Positions 27,105 to 27,199 of a stretch of DNA of 27,199 bases are shown piece by piece. The position numbers were made by a program, and so were the translations under genes. The DNA is taken from assembly GCA_030614005.1 (NCBI GenBank), contig JAUWKS010000043.1, positions 1 through 27,199 of the forward strand. Reading direction: 5' to 3'. This DNA is from Candidatus Heimdallarchaeota archaeon. Lineage in GTDB: Archaea > Asgardarchaeota > Heimdallarchaeia > JABLTI01. Below the pieces are notes generated by a model that made no database searches, was not told the origin of the DNA, and saw only the letters and a program-made list of their open reading frames with translations. Numbering within the stretch: position 1 is the stretch's first letter; every line of letters begins with the position of its first letter.

Positions 27105-27199
27105 ATGACTGAAAAACCACTAAATGTAGGATTTTATGAGGATGATCTTGAAGATCGTAATAGACGATATTACGGAACAGATAACCTCAAACGAATAAA
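27105..27199 (+). CDS. 5' fragment of next operon gene (truncated by window end); possibly E1/ThiF-like
   Basis: GAGGTGA at 27094-27100, ATG at 27105, open to the window end: MTEKPLNVGFYEDDLEDRNRRYYGTDNLKRI. The gene start is well supported; the E1-like identity is weak. Confidence 0.6.
   Translation, partial: MTEKPLNVGFYEDDLEDRNRRYYGTDNLKRI

Noticed and set aside
21405-27199. Wadjet (JetABCD/MksBEFG) or Lamassu defence system
   Set aside because: No Toprim JetD/MksG or nuclease effector is visible, the gene order differs, and the motifs are SMC5/6-like. A defence role is not excluded, but these named systems are not supported within the window.
1-27199. CRISPR arrays, tRNA/rRNA genes, transposases, integrases
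   Set aside because: No regularly spaced repeats, no GC-rich cloverleaf-like segments and no DDE or tyrosine-recombinase motifs were seen by eye. tRNAscan-SE/Infernal would be needed to exclude small RNAs formally.

Overview
AT-rich archaeal window. An Asgard archaeon is the likely source, but that is inferred from the GAGGTGA ribosome-binding sites, the archaeal HMG-CoA synthase/thiolase/DUF35 cluster, the giant FtsX-type permeases and the eukaryote-like JAMM/RING genes; it was not tested. The left two-thirds carry queE, a TetR gene divergent from a membrane-SCP2-Fe/S flavoprotein fusion (with visible operator palindromes), a decayed ferredoxin relic, and an ABC permease with two ATPases. 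Next come a FixC/geranylgeranyl-reductase-like oxidoreductase-ferredoxin-SCP2 operon, a five-zinc-ribbon proline-rich gene missed by the ORF track (no canonical start; probable ACG), a second FtsX permease, the mevalonate entry cluster, and a membrane-anchored subtilase. The main highlight is the tightly packed operon at 21405-27199. It encodes an SMC protein with SMC5/6-type motifs, a candidate kleisin, an Nse1/Nse3(MAGE)-like KITE protein, a stand-alone RING-like protein, a JAMM isopeptidase with an intact motif, and the start of a possibly E1/ThiF-like gene. It looks like a proto-SMC5/6 complex genetically coupled to ubiquitin-like conjugation machinery. All family assignments come from motif recognition by eye; no database searches were run. 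No rRNA, tRNA, CRISPR array or transposase was seen.
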